Positions 47,275 through 56,116 of a stretch of DNA of 64,000 bases are shown here, one piece after another. The notes beneath the pieces were generated by a model, which was given only the letters and a program-made list of their open reading frames with translations, was not told the origin of the DNA and searched no databases. The first letter of the stretch is position 1. Each line of letters opens with the position of its first letter. The position numbers and the translations under genes are program-made. Origin of the DNA: Betaproteobacteria bacterium SG8_41 (GTDB taxonomy: Bacteria; Pseudomonadota; Gammaproteobacteria; Burkholderiales; SG8-41); assembly GCA_001303585.1 (NCBI GenBank), contig LJTT01000006.1:7919-71918 (forward strand), written 5' to 3'.

Positions 47275-49143
47275 TCAGCGGTCTCCCGAATACGACGACG
47301 ACGCCTTCGCCTTGGCCTCCAGCGCCTCCCACCGCTCCAGCTTTTCCATGAGTTGAGACTCGATGCTCTCGCTGCGGGCCTGGTCAGCGCGCAGGATGTC
47401 GGGCTGCTGCCGATAGTAATCCGGCACGCTCATGCGCGCGGCAAGGGCTTGCTGTTCCGCCTCGAGCTCCTCGATGTCGCGCGGGAGCGCCTCCAGCTCG
47501 CGAGACTCTTTGTTGCTGAGCTTCACTCGCTCGCTGCGACGGCTCGTTGCCGCCGGTGAACGGCGACGCGCGGCGAGCGATGCGTCTCCCGTCGTCGCAA
47601 GGCGCTCACCGTCCTGACTCGCTGCGCGAACTGGCGCTTCCCCTTCCGGCAGAGCGGCTTGGCGCAGCCAGTCGCTGTAGCCGCCAACGTATTCGCGCCA
47701 GCGACCATGGCCTTCTGCCACGAGAGTCTGAGTAACAACGTTGTCAAGGAAGGCGCGGTCGTGGCTCACCAGCAGCAGCGTGCCGTCGTAGTCCTGCAGC
47801 GCCGCCTCCAGCAGTTCCAGGGACTCGATGTCGAGGTCATTGGTCGGCTCGTCCAGCACCAGCACGTTCGCCGGCCGCGCAAAGAGGCGCGCCAGCAGAA
47901 GCCGGTTGCGCTCGCCCCCGGAAAGCTGGCGCACCCGCGCGGCAGCGCGGCGCGGCGGAAACAGGAAGTCGCCAAGGTAGCTCATGACGTGCTTCTTCAC
48001 GCCGCTTACCTCGACCCATTCTGAGCCGGGGCTGATGGTTTCGGCGACTGTCTTGTCCGGATCCAGCGCTTCGCGCATCTGATCGAAATAGGCTGGCTGA
48101 ACGTTGGTGCCCAGACGCACGCTGCCCGCATCCGGCGCCAGGGTGTCGAGGATCAACCGGATGAGGGTGGTCTTGCCCGAGCCGTTCGCACCGATCAGTC
48201 CGATGCGATCGCCGCGGCTGATGAGGAGATCGAGGTCCTTCACCACCGGCTCGTCCGCGGGACGTCCCGGGTAGTTTTTCGTGACGCCGGCCAGTTCGGC
48301 CACCCGCTTCCCCGAGCGGTTCCCGGCGCCAATGGCAAGCTTTACCGTGCCGAGGCGCTCGCGGCGCGCGGCGCGCTCCTCGCGCAGGCGCATCAACCGG
48401 GCGACGCGGCCCTCGTTCCTCGTGCGCCGCGCCTCGATGCCGCGGCGGATCCACGCCTCCTCCTGCGCCCAGAACTTGTCGAACTTGCGCCGCGCGACCG
48501 CCTCCGCGGCAAGCTCGCTCTCCTTTCGGCGCTCGAAGTCCGAATAGTTGCCCGGATAGGAGCGCAGCAGGCCACGGTCGAGCTCGACGATATGGGTGGA
48601 GAAGCGGTCGAGAAAGGCGCGGTCATGCGTCACCACGATCGCCGAAGGCTGCTTCGCCAGGGCGTTCTCGAGCTGTGAGATGCCGGAGAGGTCGAGGTGA
48701 TTCGTCGGCTCGTCGAGCAACAGCAACTCGGGCTGGAGCGCAAACGCAAGAGCAAGCGCCGCCCGCTTGATCTCCCCGCCTGAAGCTGACTCGGGCGTGA
48801 GGTTCTCGTCCACCCCGAAGCGGTGCAGGAACTCCGCGAGCCGCGCCTCGGCGCGCCAGCGCTCCCGCTCATCGTGGATCGCCGGGATATGACCGCGCAG
48901 CAGCAGGCTGGCCCGCAGGGTGGGCGCATGCGGCAGCTTGGGCTCCTGTTCTACCAGCGCCACTCGCAGACCATCGGGTTTCCTCAACTCGCCGTCATCG
49001 AGAGACACCGTTCCAGCGATGACGCCCAGCAGCGAGGACTTGCCGGTGCCGTTGCGGCCGATCAGTCCGATGTGGTCGCCGGCCTCCATTGTGACGGCGG
49101 CGCGATCCAGCAGCGGCAAGCAGCGGCAGTTCACCGTAGGCAA
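47275..49143 (-). CDS. uup: ABC-F family ATPase (Uup-like), 5' end disrupted by a frameshift
   Basis: Two ABC cassettes (GRNGTGKS / GANGSGKT, LSGGE x2) and a C-terminal coiled-coil tail. The authentic-looking start MPLLTLTDAQLAYGELPLL lies at 49174 in another frame (see findings). Confidence 0.85.
   Translation of the reverse strand: MPTVNCRCLPLLDRAAVTMEAGDHIGLIGRNGTGKSSLLGVIAGTVSLDDGELRKPDGLRVALVEQEPKLPHAPTLRASLLLRGHIPAIHDERERWRAEARLAEFLHRFGVDENLTPESASGGEIKRAALALAFALQPELLLLDEPTNHLDLSGISQLENALAKQPSAIVVTHDRAFLDRFSTHIVELDRGLLRSYPGNYSDFERRKESELAAEAVARRKFDKFWAQEEAWIRRGIEARRTRNEGRVARLMRLREERAARRERLGTVKLAIGAGNRSGKRVAELAGVTKNYPGRPADEPVVKDLDLLISRGDRIGLIGANGSGKTTLIRLILDTLAPDAGSVRLGTNVQPAYFDQMREALDPDKTVAETISPGSEWVEVSGVKKHVMSYLGDFLFPPRRAAARVRQLSGGERNRLLLARLFARPANVLVLDEPTNDLDIESLELLEAALQDYDGTLLLVSHDRAFLDNVVTQTLVAEGHGRWREYVGGYSDWLRQAALPEGEAPVRAASQDGERLATTGDASLAARRRSPAATSRRSERVKLSNKESRELEALPRDIEELEAEQQALAARMSVPDYYRQQPDILRADQARSESIESQLMEKLERWEALEAKAKASSSYSGDR
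49109..49128. repeat. perfect 10-bp tandem duplication (AGCAGCGGCA x2 on the plus strand) inside the uup 5' end
   Basis: Read directly at 49109-49118 and 49119-49128. Confidence 0.9.
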
Positions 49144-49195
49144 GCTGCGCGTCGGTGAGCGTCAGAAGCGGCATTGGGCAGGGAGCGGAGACAAC

Positions 49196-49379
49196 GCCTT
49201 AAGTCAGAAGGCACAACGGGGTTCTTGTTGTTGGTGTCGAGCCATCGGCGTTCATCGGCGGCAATAAAACGTAAGGCGGATAGCGAATGGCGGAAGGGTT
49301 TTTCTTTAATGTCAATCTGTGTTTATCCGCGGCTAAACACGATTCACGTTTCACGATTTACGTTTCACTGCGGTTTTGT
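49196..49379. repeat. intergenic repeat block with two core copies and CACGATT/CACGTTT heptamers
   Basis: Core copies at 49247-49271 (GGCGTTCATCGGCGGCAATAAAACG) and 49317-49341 (CTGTGTTTATCCGCGGCTAAACACG), followed by CACGATT CACGTTT CACGATT TACGTTT CAC. Confidence 0.7.
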
Positions 49380-50234
49380 TCACTCGGGGCCGACAAAGCC
49401 GATCGCCTGCTCACCGGTATTCCGCACGCCGCGCGCAATAGGAGGCATCCCCTGTTCCTGCATCCAGCGGGCGGCCGCGCCCATGCTCCTCGTGCGGAAC
49501 AAAACCTGGAACGGGCCAGGACCTCGGCGCTCGAGTGCGTCGGCACCCGGCCCCGGCGCATAGGGCTGGGCAATGCCGAGACCGGTCGGCCCCAGCTGGA
49601 ACACCACCATGTCCGACATGATCACCATGCCGCGCTCCATTTTGGGCTGGGGCACGCCCAGCACCTTTGCGTAGATCGCCGCGTCGGCCTTGGCATCGCG
49701 CGTGATGACGTAGGCGCGCTCGATCTTGAACACACCGTTGGGATGATCGTTCCCGCCCGGTACCTGCTTGCGGCGCTGCTCGAGCGGGGTCAGGTGCTCG
49801 ATGAAAAAAATTGGCAGCGGATTCTTCGGGCCGAGCACCGCCGCCTTCCACTTGAGGTCCAGGCCGGCCGGCGTGCGCCGGCCGCGGTCCAGCGCATCGC
49901 TCACGTCCACGCCGCGGCTGCGCATGGCGGCGACGTCCGCCGCCAGGTCATCGCTTTGCAGAATGATGTAGCGCAGGCCGCCGCCCGCGGCGATGAACTG
50001 GGCCAGGCCGGCGTGCGAGTTGCCAGGCTCCTTTGCCGACGCCTGGTGCTCGGCCAAATCGCGGATCGCCAGCAGCTCGATGTAGTCGTCTTCAGTGAAC
50101 GCGACGGCATTTTGCGTGCCCTTGCCGGGGTGCACGCCGCCGTCCCGCATGTTGAAGCCCATGTTGCAGTACTGTTCGATGGCCCGCTGCAAGTCAGGCA
50201 CGCAGATCATCACATGGTCGATTCGCGTAAACAT
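49380..50234 (-). CDS. VOC (glyoxalase/bleomycin-resistance/dioxygenase) family protein, two-domain
   Basis: MFTRIDHVMICVPDL N-terminus typical of VOC modules. GGAG SD before ATG 50234; the ORF is open to 50408. Confidence 0.75.
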   Translation of the reverse strand: MFTRIDHVMICVPDLQRAIEQYCNMGFNMRDGGVHPGKGTQNAVAFTEDDYIELLAIRDLAEHQASAKEPGNSHAGLAQFIAAGGGLRYIILQSDDLAADVAAMRSRGVDVSDALDRGRRTPAGLDLKWKAAVLGPKNPLPIFFIEHLTPLEQRRKQVPGGNDHPNGVFKIERAYVITRDAKADAAIYAKVLGVPQPKMERGMVIMSDMVVFQLGPTGLGIAQPYAPGPGADALERRGPGPFQVLFRTRSMGAAARWMQEQGMPPIARGVRNTGEQAIGFVGPE

Positions 50235-50784
50235 GGTCAGCTCCGGGGGGCGAAAAGGCCACAGTGTAACTTTTTCGGCGGCCGAAAGAACGGAGCGCGC
50301 CTCAGAAGCGTGGGCGGACCGCGCTATCCAAAGATGATCAGCGATGAGGACTGGTGATGCGGTTGGTGCCACGCTTTTCCCTCGCCATCTTGCAGCACCA
50401 TGATTCATCGCTCATTGGCCCAGAACCGGGGGCCAATACGTAGTTAGGCGGCGAGAGGCGGTACAGGCCTGAAGCCAATCCGGTTTCGACATGCGACCCA
50501 CGATTTAAGATTTTCGGAAGTACGAGCCCATTCAACGGTTAACATTCAGGAGGGATGCAGCGGACGCTGAGCTGGAGCGGTCGTTTTCATTGCTAAATTC
50601 GGGCGCAAGCCGCATACTCGGCGCCACACCGGCGGCCGATCCATTTTTGGCATTCTTTCCGGCCGCTTTCACTCACCGTTCGATGCCGCGTCTGCCCCGG
50701 GCGCGGGCCAACGGGCAATTCACACGCTGCACGGCATCGCGGGAAAGCGGCTATGCCGCTGCGGCCCCGCCAGGAAAACCGCTC

Positions 50785-51057
50785 ATGGCAAAGGAAGAAA
50801 CGATTGAAATGATGGGCCTCGTCGACGAGGTGCTGCGCAACGCGGTCTTCCGCGTAACGCTCGACAACGGCTGCGCGATCACTGCCCACGCCTCGGGCAA
50901 GATGCGCCAGCGCCGCATCCGCGTCCTCGCCGGCGATCGCGTCACCGTCGAGATGTCGCCCTACGATGTAACGAAGGGCCGCATCAGCTTTCGGCACAAG
51001 GACGTCAACGCGCCGGCGCCGATGGCGCGAAGGCCGACCTATTCGAAACGCAGATAG
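50785..51057 (+). CDS. infA: translation initiation factor IF-1 paralogue with basic C-terminal extension
   Basis: [73 protein letters not shown] aligns by eye with IF-1 (S1-like OB fold), plus about 17 extra residues. Confidence 0.85.
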   Translation: MAKEETIEMMGLVDEVLRNAVFRVTLDNGCAITAHASGKMRQRRIRVLAGDRVTVEMSPYDVTKGRISFRHKDVNAPAPMARRPTYSKRR

Positions 51058-51150
51058 CGCTGGCTGACCCCGATAACGGGTGGGACCGCGGGGAACTTTC
51101 CGGGCCCGCGCGGCCGTCGGCGGTCTGTCAACCGAGGCGGCTCCGTGCCG

Positions 51151-54100
51151 TTAGTTGAACGCGGCCGCGACCAACAAGGCCAGCAGGGCGCTCATTCCGG
51201 CCGGGATGCCGTAGCGCTCCCATCGCGACACGGCGTCGCCCGGGATCAACTCGACTGGCAGCGATGTCACTTCGACCACCTTGTTGGTCAACGAATTCTC
51301 AACGAGTCGCGTCAGTGAATTCTTGCGTGCGGTGCCCATGACGATCTGGTCGCAGCGCAACCGGCGGGCCGTATGCGCGATGCACGTTGCCCGGTCCCCC
51401 ACCTCCATGTGCGCCCCGTAAGGGATTCCAAACTTGTCCAGCAGCTGCCGGACCGGTGCCAGGGCATTTTCGGCGCGCTCGCGGTGGTAATCGTGCACGT
51501 TGTTTCGACTGACGAAACGCGTGATGTCCTTGTTGAAGGGCGGCTGCACGTTCAATAGATGGATCTCCATCGCCGTGTTGTTCATGAATTGTTTGATGAT
51601 GTGCCTCACGGCAAACAGGCAATTGGGAGTGCCATCGACCGGAATGAGCACTTTCAGCATGGTGTCTCCTCCTGTAAGGCCCGGCAAATCGGAAGCGTAG
51701 GCTGGAGCGGGCTGCACAAAGTCGGCAACAGGTGCCAACGGGATAGGGGCTTGCCCGGTGTCGGCCCGCCTCGCCGAACGTCTCCGAAAATGGGCTTTGA
51801 GCAGTTCCATTGCGATAGGCGACGCGAAGAAAAACGGGAACATCAGCAGCCAATCATTCAGCGTCAACGGCACTGTGTCGAAGAATGGCCTCAGGAACGG
51901 GACGTAGACCACCGCCAGAACCAGCAGGAACGAGGCAAATACCGCCCAGTTCATCCACTTGTTCGAGAACACTCCAATGGAGAACACGCTGTGATACTCC
52001 GCGCGCGCGGTGTAGGCCCGGATGAGCTCGGAAGTGCACAACGTGACGAAGGCAATGCTCTGCGCCGCTGCAAGCTGGCCGGGATAACGCTGCATCCCCA
52101 GGTAGAACGCGCTCAGTATCGCAATGGCATCGACTAATGCGACCACGCCGATGCCGATCGCCATGTCGCGGTTGATCACCGGCTCCTTGGGGGGCCGTGG
52201 CTGCTGCTTCATGATGTCCGGATCGCCCTTCTCGAGGCCGAGGGCGAGGGCGGGAGCGCCGTCGCTCACGAGGTTCAGCCACAGAATCTGGACCGGCCTC
52301 AAGGGAATCGGCAGCCCGAACAGCATCGATCCGAAAATGATCAGGATCTCGCCGGCATTGCAGGCGAGCAGGAAGTAGACGAACTTGCGGATGTTGGAAT
52401 AGATGATCCGCCCCTGCTCGATCGCGGAGACGATGCTGGCGAAATTATCGTCCGTGAGGACCATGTCGGCCGTCTGCTTGGAAACATCCGTCCCGGTGAT
52501 GCCCATTGCCACGCCGATGTTGGCCCGCTTGAGGGCCGGGGCGTCGTTCACGCCGTCGCCCGTCATCGCCACGACGTGCCCGCGCGCCTTCATGGCGTCC
52601 ACGATCCTCGTCTTGTGCTGCGGCGAGACCCGGCAACACACCTGCAGGTTCGCGGCCTTGGAAACGAGCTCCTCGTCGCTCAGTCTCTCGATTTCCGGGC
52701 CGGTCAGCACGGTGCCGCCCGGGGTCAGAATGCCGATCTCTTTCGCGATCGCTTCGGCGGTCTCTTTGTGATCGCCGGTCACCATGACGCTCTTCAGGCC
52801 GGCCCCGTTCGCGACTTTCACCGCGTCCGTCACCTCCGGGCGCGCCGGGTCGATCATGCCGAGCAGCCCGACAAAAGTCAGTTCCTTCTCGATGCTCTCC
52901 GGCGTGCAGCTTTCGGGGGGCGATTCCAGCGGACGATACGCGACGCCCAGGACGCGCAGCGCGTCGCTCGCCAGATCGCGGTTCTGATCGAGGATCTCTT
53001 TGCGCTTCGCCTCGGTAAGGGAAACGGTCTTCCCTGCCTCCTGCACGTTGTCGCAGAGCTCCAGCAGCACATCGGGCGCGCCTTTGACGAACGCAATGTG
53101 CCGCGGATAGCGGAACCCCGCGGCCATGTCCTTGCCTTCGGTGCCCTCGACGCGGTGAATCGTCGTCATCCGCTTTCGATCCGAGTCGAACGGGATTTCC
53201 TGGATGCGCGGCATCGTGGTATCCAGATCGGCCCGCTCAAATCCGGCCTTCCTGGCAAGGACCACCAGGGCGCCTTCCGTGGGGTCGCCGATGATCTGCC
53301 ACGCGCGTCCGCCCGCATCGTCCGTTCGCTCCTCGAGCTTCGCGTCGTTGCAGAGCAGCGCCCCCTGCAGAAGCACCGTGGCGTCCGGATCGTTGCGCGC
53401 CTCGAAAGGCTGGTCCTCCATGGAGAACTGCCCGGTCGGGCTGTATCCCTCCCCCGTGATCCGGAAGCGCTTGTTACCCCCCCAAGCCTGGACGACGGTC
53501 ATCTCGTTCTGCGTCAGCGTGCCCGTCTTGTCGGAGCAGATGACGGTCGCGCATCCGAGCGTCTCCACGGCGGGCAGTTTGCGGACCAGGGCATGGCGCT
53601 TGACCATCTGCTGCATCCCCAAGGCAAGACAGATGGTCACGATAGCCGGCAGACCCTCGGGGACGGCTGCGATGGCGAGGCTAACAGCGGTCATGAAGAG
53701 GTTGATGATGTCCTTCTGCTCGCCCTGCAGATAATTGACAACCCCGATCGCGAAGATATCGGTCAAATTCGTGTCCCGGGTGAGCCCGTAGATGAAGACG
53801 AAGGCGCAGATAACCAGGCAGATCGTCCCGATCACCTTTCCGAGATGCGCGAGTTTCTGCTGCAGCGGCGTGTCTTCATCGTGGTAAGACTGGATCATCT
53901 CCGCGATGAGGCCGATCTGCGTGTGCATCCCGGTATCAGTCACCAGGCCCTTGCCGCGGCCATAGGTGACCATGGTGCTCATAAAGGCAGAGTTGCGGCG
54001 GTCGCCCAGCGGTATGTCCTTGTCCAGCACTGCGGCTGCGTTCTTCTCGACAGGCACGGATTCTCCTGTGAGCGAGGCCTCTTCCACCTTGAGATTGACG

Positions 54101-54573
54101 CTTGTAACAAGGCGCAAATCGGCTGGAACGTAATTGCCGGCCTCGAGAAGAACGATGTCCCCCGGAACCAGCTCCCGCCCCGGAACCGTCGTCTGGATAC
54201 CGTCACGGATGACCTGGGCATTGGGGGCGGACATCTTCTTGAGGGCCGCGAGAGCCTGTTCCGCCTTGGACTCCTGTATGACGCCGACCACCGCGTTCAG
54301 CAGGACGATGATCATGATTGCAATGGAGTCGATCCACTCTCCGAGCGCCAGCGCGACGAGCGCCGCGACGATCAGGATGATCACCAGGTAATTGTTGAAC
54401 TGGGCCCACAGCAGCGCGGCAAAACCCGGGCGCGGTTTCTCCGAGAGTTCATTCGGCCCAAGCTTGAGAAAACGGTCCTGCGCCTCCCGCTTTGTCAGGC
54501 CTTGATCAAGGTGTGTTTGAAACCCGCTGACGATCTCCTCGATCGGCTTGGCATGGGATTCCTTATCTTGCAT
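51151..54573 (-). CDS. P-type IIA cation-transporting ATPase fused to a C-terminal universal stress protein (USP) domain and terminal hydrophobic helix
   Basis: TGES, PEGL, DKTGTLT, MVTGDH and GDGVNDAPAL in residues 1 to about 925. The frame stays open through a ~45-aa linker into MLKVLIPVDG...HLLNV...IVMGTARKNSLTRLVENSLTNKVV (USP), ending GMSALLALLVAAAFN. Confidence 0.9.
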   Translation of the reverse strand: MQDKESHAKPIEEIVSGFQTHLDQGLTKREAQDRFLKLGPNELSEKPRPGFAALLWAQFNNYLVIILIVAALVALALGEWIDSIAIMIIVLLNAVVGVIQESKAEQALAALKKMSAPNAQVIRDGIQTTVPGRELVPGDIVLLEAGNYVPADLRLVTSVNLKVEEASLTGESVPVEKNAAAVLDKDIPLGDRRNSAFMSTMVTYGRGKGLVTDTGMHTQIGLIAEMIQSYHDEDTPLQQKLAHLGKVIGTICLVICAFVFIYGLTRDTNLTDIFAIGVVNYLQGEQKDIINLFMTAVSLAIAAVPEGLPAIVTICLALGMQQMVKRHALVRKLPAVETLGCATVICSDKTGTLTQNEMTVVQAWGGNKRFRITGEGYSPTGQFSMEDQPFEARNDPDATVLLQGALLCNDAKLEERTDDAGGRAWQIIGDPTEGALVVLARKAGFERADLDTTMPRIQEIPFDSDRKRMTTIHRVEGTEGKDMAAGFRYPRHIAFVKGAPDVLLELCDNVQEAGKTVSLTEAKRKEILDQNRDLASDALRVLGVAYRPLESPPESCTPESIEKELTFVGLLGMIDPARPEVTDAVKVANGAGLKSVMVTGDHKETAEAIAKEIGILTPGGTVLTGPEIERLSDEELVSKAANLQVCCRVSPQHKTRIVDAMKARGHVVAMTGDGVNDAPALKRANIGVAMGITGTDVSKQTADMVLTDDNFASIVSAIEQGRIIYSNIRKFVYFLLACNAGEILIIFGSMLFGLPIPLRPVQILWLNLVSDGAPALALGLEKGDPDIMKQQPRPPKEPVINRDMAIGIGVVALVDAIAILSAFYLGMQRYPGQLAAAQSIAFVTLCTSELIRAYTARAEYHSVFSIGVFSNKWMNWAVFASFLLVLAVVYVPFLRPFFDTVPLTLNDWLLMFPFFFASPIAMELLKAHFRRRSARRADTGQAPIPLAPVADFVQPAPAYASDLPGLTGGDTMLKVLIPVDGTPNCLFAVRHIIKQFMNNTAMEIHLLNVQPPFNKDITRFVSRNNVHDYHRERAENALAPVRQLLDKFGIPYGAHMEVGDRATCIAHTARRLRCDQIVMGTARKNSLTRLVENSLTNKVVEVTSLPVELIPGDAVSRWERYGIPAGMSALLALLVAAAFN

Positions 54574-54739
54574 AAAAGCCCCTTTCAGGTTTCACGCGTG
54601 ACTGCCGCAGCCGCCGCGCAGTCTGCAACGCGGGTTAGCGCGGCCAGTATGGATTGACCCGGGGCCGAAGAAAATTTGAAGTTTTCGACGCCTATAGTTA
54701 CGAAACGCGATGATTTAAAACAAAAAGTAAAGGCTGACG

Positions 54740-54752
54740 TTACGAATCGTAA
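54740..54752. promoter_or_regulatory. candidate LysR-type operator (T-N11-A palindrome TTACGAATCGTAA)
   Basis: Perfect 6-1-6 palindrome in the AT-rich divergent region between the ATPase and LysR genes. GTTACGAA is also repeated 42 nt upstream (54697). Confidence 0.3.
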
Positions 54753-54964
54753 TGCCTCATGCCCTTGAAACCCCGGGTTCGACGTGCTAACAATATGGGG
54801 TGTTCTGGGTAACACCAGGCGCCCCTCCAAAGGGGAGTAGCTTTTGGCAGCCGTTTGGCTGCCACTGCGCGATCGTCATCTCGGGCTCCGGCCCCGGTCG
54901 CGTCGGCATCGCCACGGATGCAAGCGAGACCTTTGCCGAAGCGGTGAAGGTCTGCCTTCCCAAA

Positions 54965-54992
54965 GCGGCCTTCACCGCGAGGTGAAGGCCGC
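54965..54992 (+). promoter_or_regulatory. perfect 12-bp stem with GCGA tetraloop in the LysR gene leader
   Basis: GCGGCCTTCACC gcga GGTGAAGGCCGC. A third copy, GGTGAAGGTC at 54943-54952, could pair alternatively with the middle arm. Confidence 0.4.
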
Positions 54993-55043
54993 TGTGCGTT
55001 GCAGGCATGGCGGCAATGGCAACCGATTCGAGGAGGTATCGCC

Positions 55044-56000
55044 ATGCCGCAATCGAACATCCGACATTATCTGAAGCACGGCATGCTGCCGCAGCTGCGC
55101 GTACTGGAGGCAAGCGCGCGGCTGGGAAGCTTCGCGCGCGCCGCGGACGAACTCCATCTCGCCCCGCCAACGGTTTCGGTCCAGATCAAGAAACTCAGTG
55201 AAACGCTCGGCTTTCCGCTCTTCGAGCAGGTGGGCAAACGCCTCTACCTAACGGATGCGGGGCAGCGCGTTTACGCGGGCTGTGTCGAGGTATTCCGCGC
55301 GCTCTCCAACATCGAGGAGACGCTGACCCAGATGCGCGGCCTCGAATCGGGACATCTTCGACTGGCCGCGACTTCGTCGGCCAAGTTTTTTGCGCCGCGA
55401 TTGCTCGGGGCTTTCATTCAACGCCATCACGGCATTGAAACCTCGTTGCAAATCCACAACCGCAGCGGCCTGGTGGAACGGCTGCGAAACAACGAGGACG
55501 ACCTCTACATGTTCGGCGCGCCGCCGGAGCAACAGGAAGTCGTGGTCCAGGCCATTGTGTCGAACCCGCTGGTGGTATTTGCTCGCAGTGACCATCCGCT
55601 CGCCCGCGAGAGGAATATTGCGTTCGCGCGCCTTGCCACGGAGCCGTTCCTGATGCGCGAGGCGGGATCCGGCGCGCGAGCGTTCATCCTCGGGCTGTTC
55701 GAGCAGCACGGTCTGACGCCGAAGATACGAATGGAGCTGAACACCAACGAGGCGATCCGGGAATCGATTCTTGCCGGACTCGGGGTCTCGATTCTCTCCC
55801 GTTACACCTTCGGACTTGAGCCTGAGCAGACGCAACTCGTCTGCCTGGACGTCGAAGGATTTCCGCTCGAGAGCCAATGGTATTTCGTCTACCCCGCAGG
55901 CAAGCAGCTTTCAATCGCCGCGCGCGCGTTCATGGACTTCGCCCGCGCTGAGGCAAAAGGCCTCGCGTCGTTGAACGGCATCGTCGGGCGCCCGCACTGA
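55044..56000 (+). CDS. LysR family transcriptional regulator
   Basis: N-terminal wHTH (LRVLEASARLGSFARAADELHLAPPTVSVQIKKLSETLG) plus a LysR substrate-binding domain. GAGGAGG SD. Confidence 0.9.
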   Translation: MPQSNIRHYLKHGMLPQLRVLEASARLGSFARAADELHLAPPTVSVQIKKLSETLGFPLFEQVGKRLYLTDAGQRVYAGCVEVFRALSNIEETLTQMRGLESGHLRLAATSSAKFFAPRLLGAFIQRHHGIETSLQIHNRSGLVERLRNNEDDLYMFGAPPEQQEVVVQAIVSNPLVVFARSDHPLARERNIAFARLATEPFLMREAGSGARAFILGLFEQHGLTPKIRMELNTNEAIRESILAGLGVSILSRYTFGLEPEQTQLVCLDVEGFPLESQWYFVYPAGKQLSIAARAFMDFARAEAKGLASLNGIVGRPH

Positions 56001-56116
56001 GGCCGGCATAGGCGCCCGCCGAGCGCGCGGCGGATCGCGGACCTGTCTGGTACAGCAGCGCGATCTGCGGCATGATGGCGGGGTGACCGCGCTACGCCGT
56101 CGTGCATAAAACCGCC

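Noticed and set aside
50338-50535. 65-aa minus-strand ORF upstream of the VOC gene, and the N-terminal extensions of several track ORFs (for example 49380-50408, 30502-31758, 28411-29208 and 26943-27779).
   Set aside because: The extensions are Arg/Ala/Pro-rich and lack an SD. Internal Met/GTG codons preceded by good SDs give proteins that begin where the family domains begin, so the shorter models were adopted.
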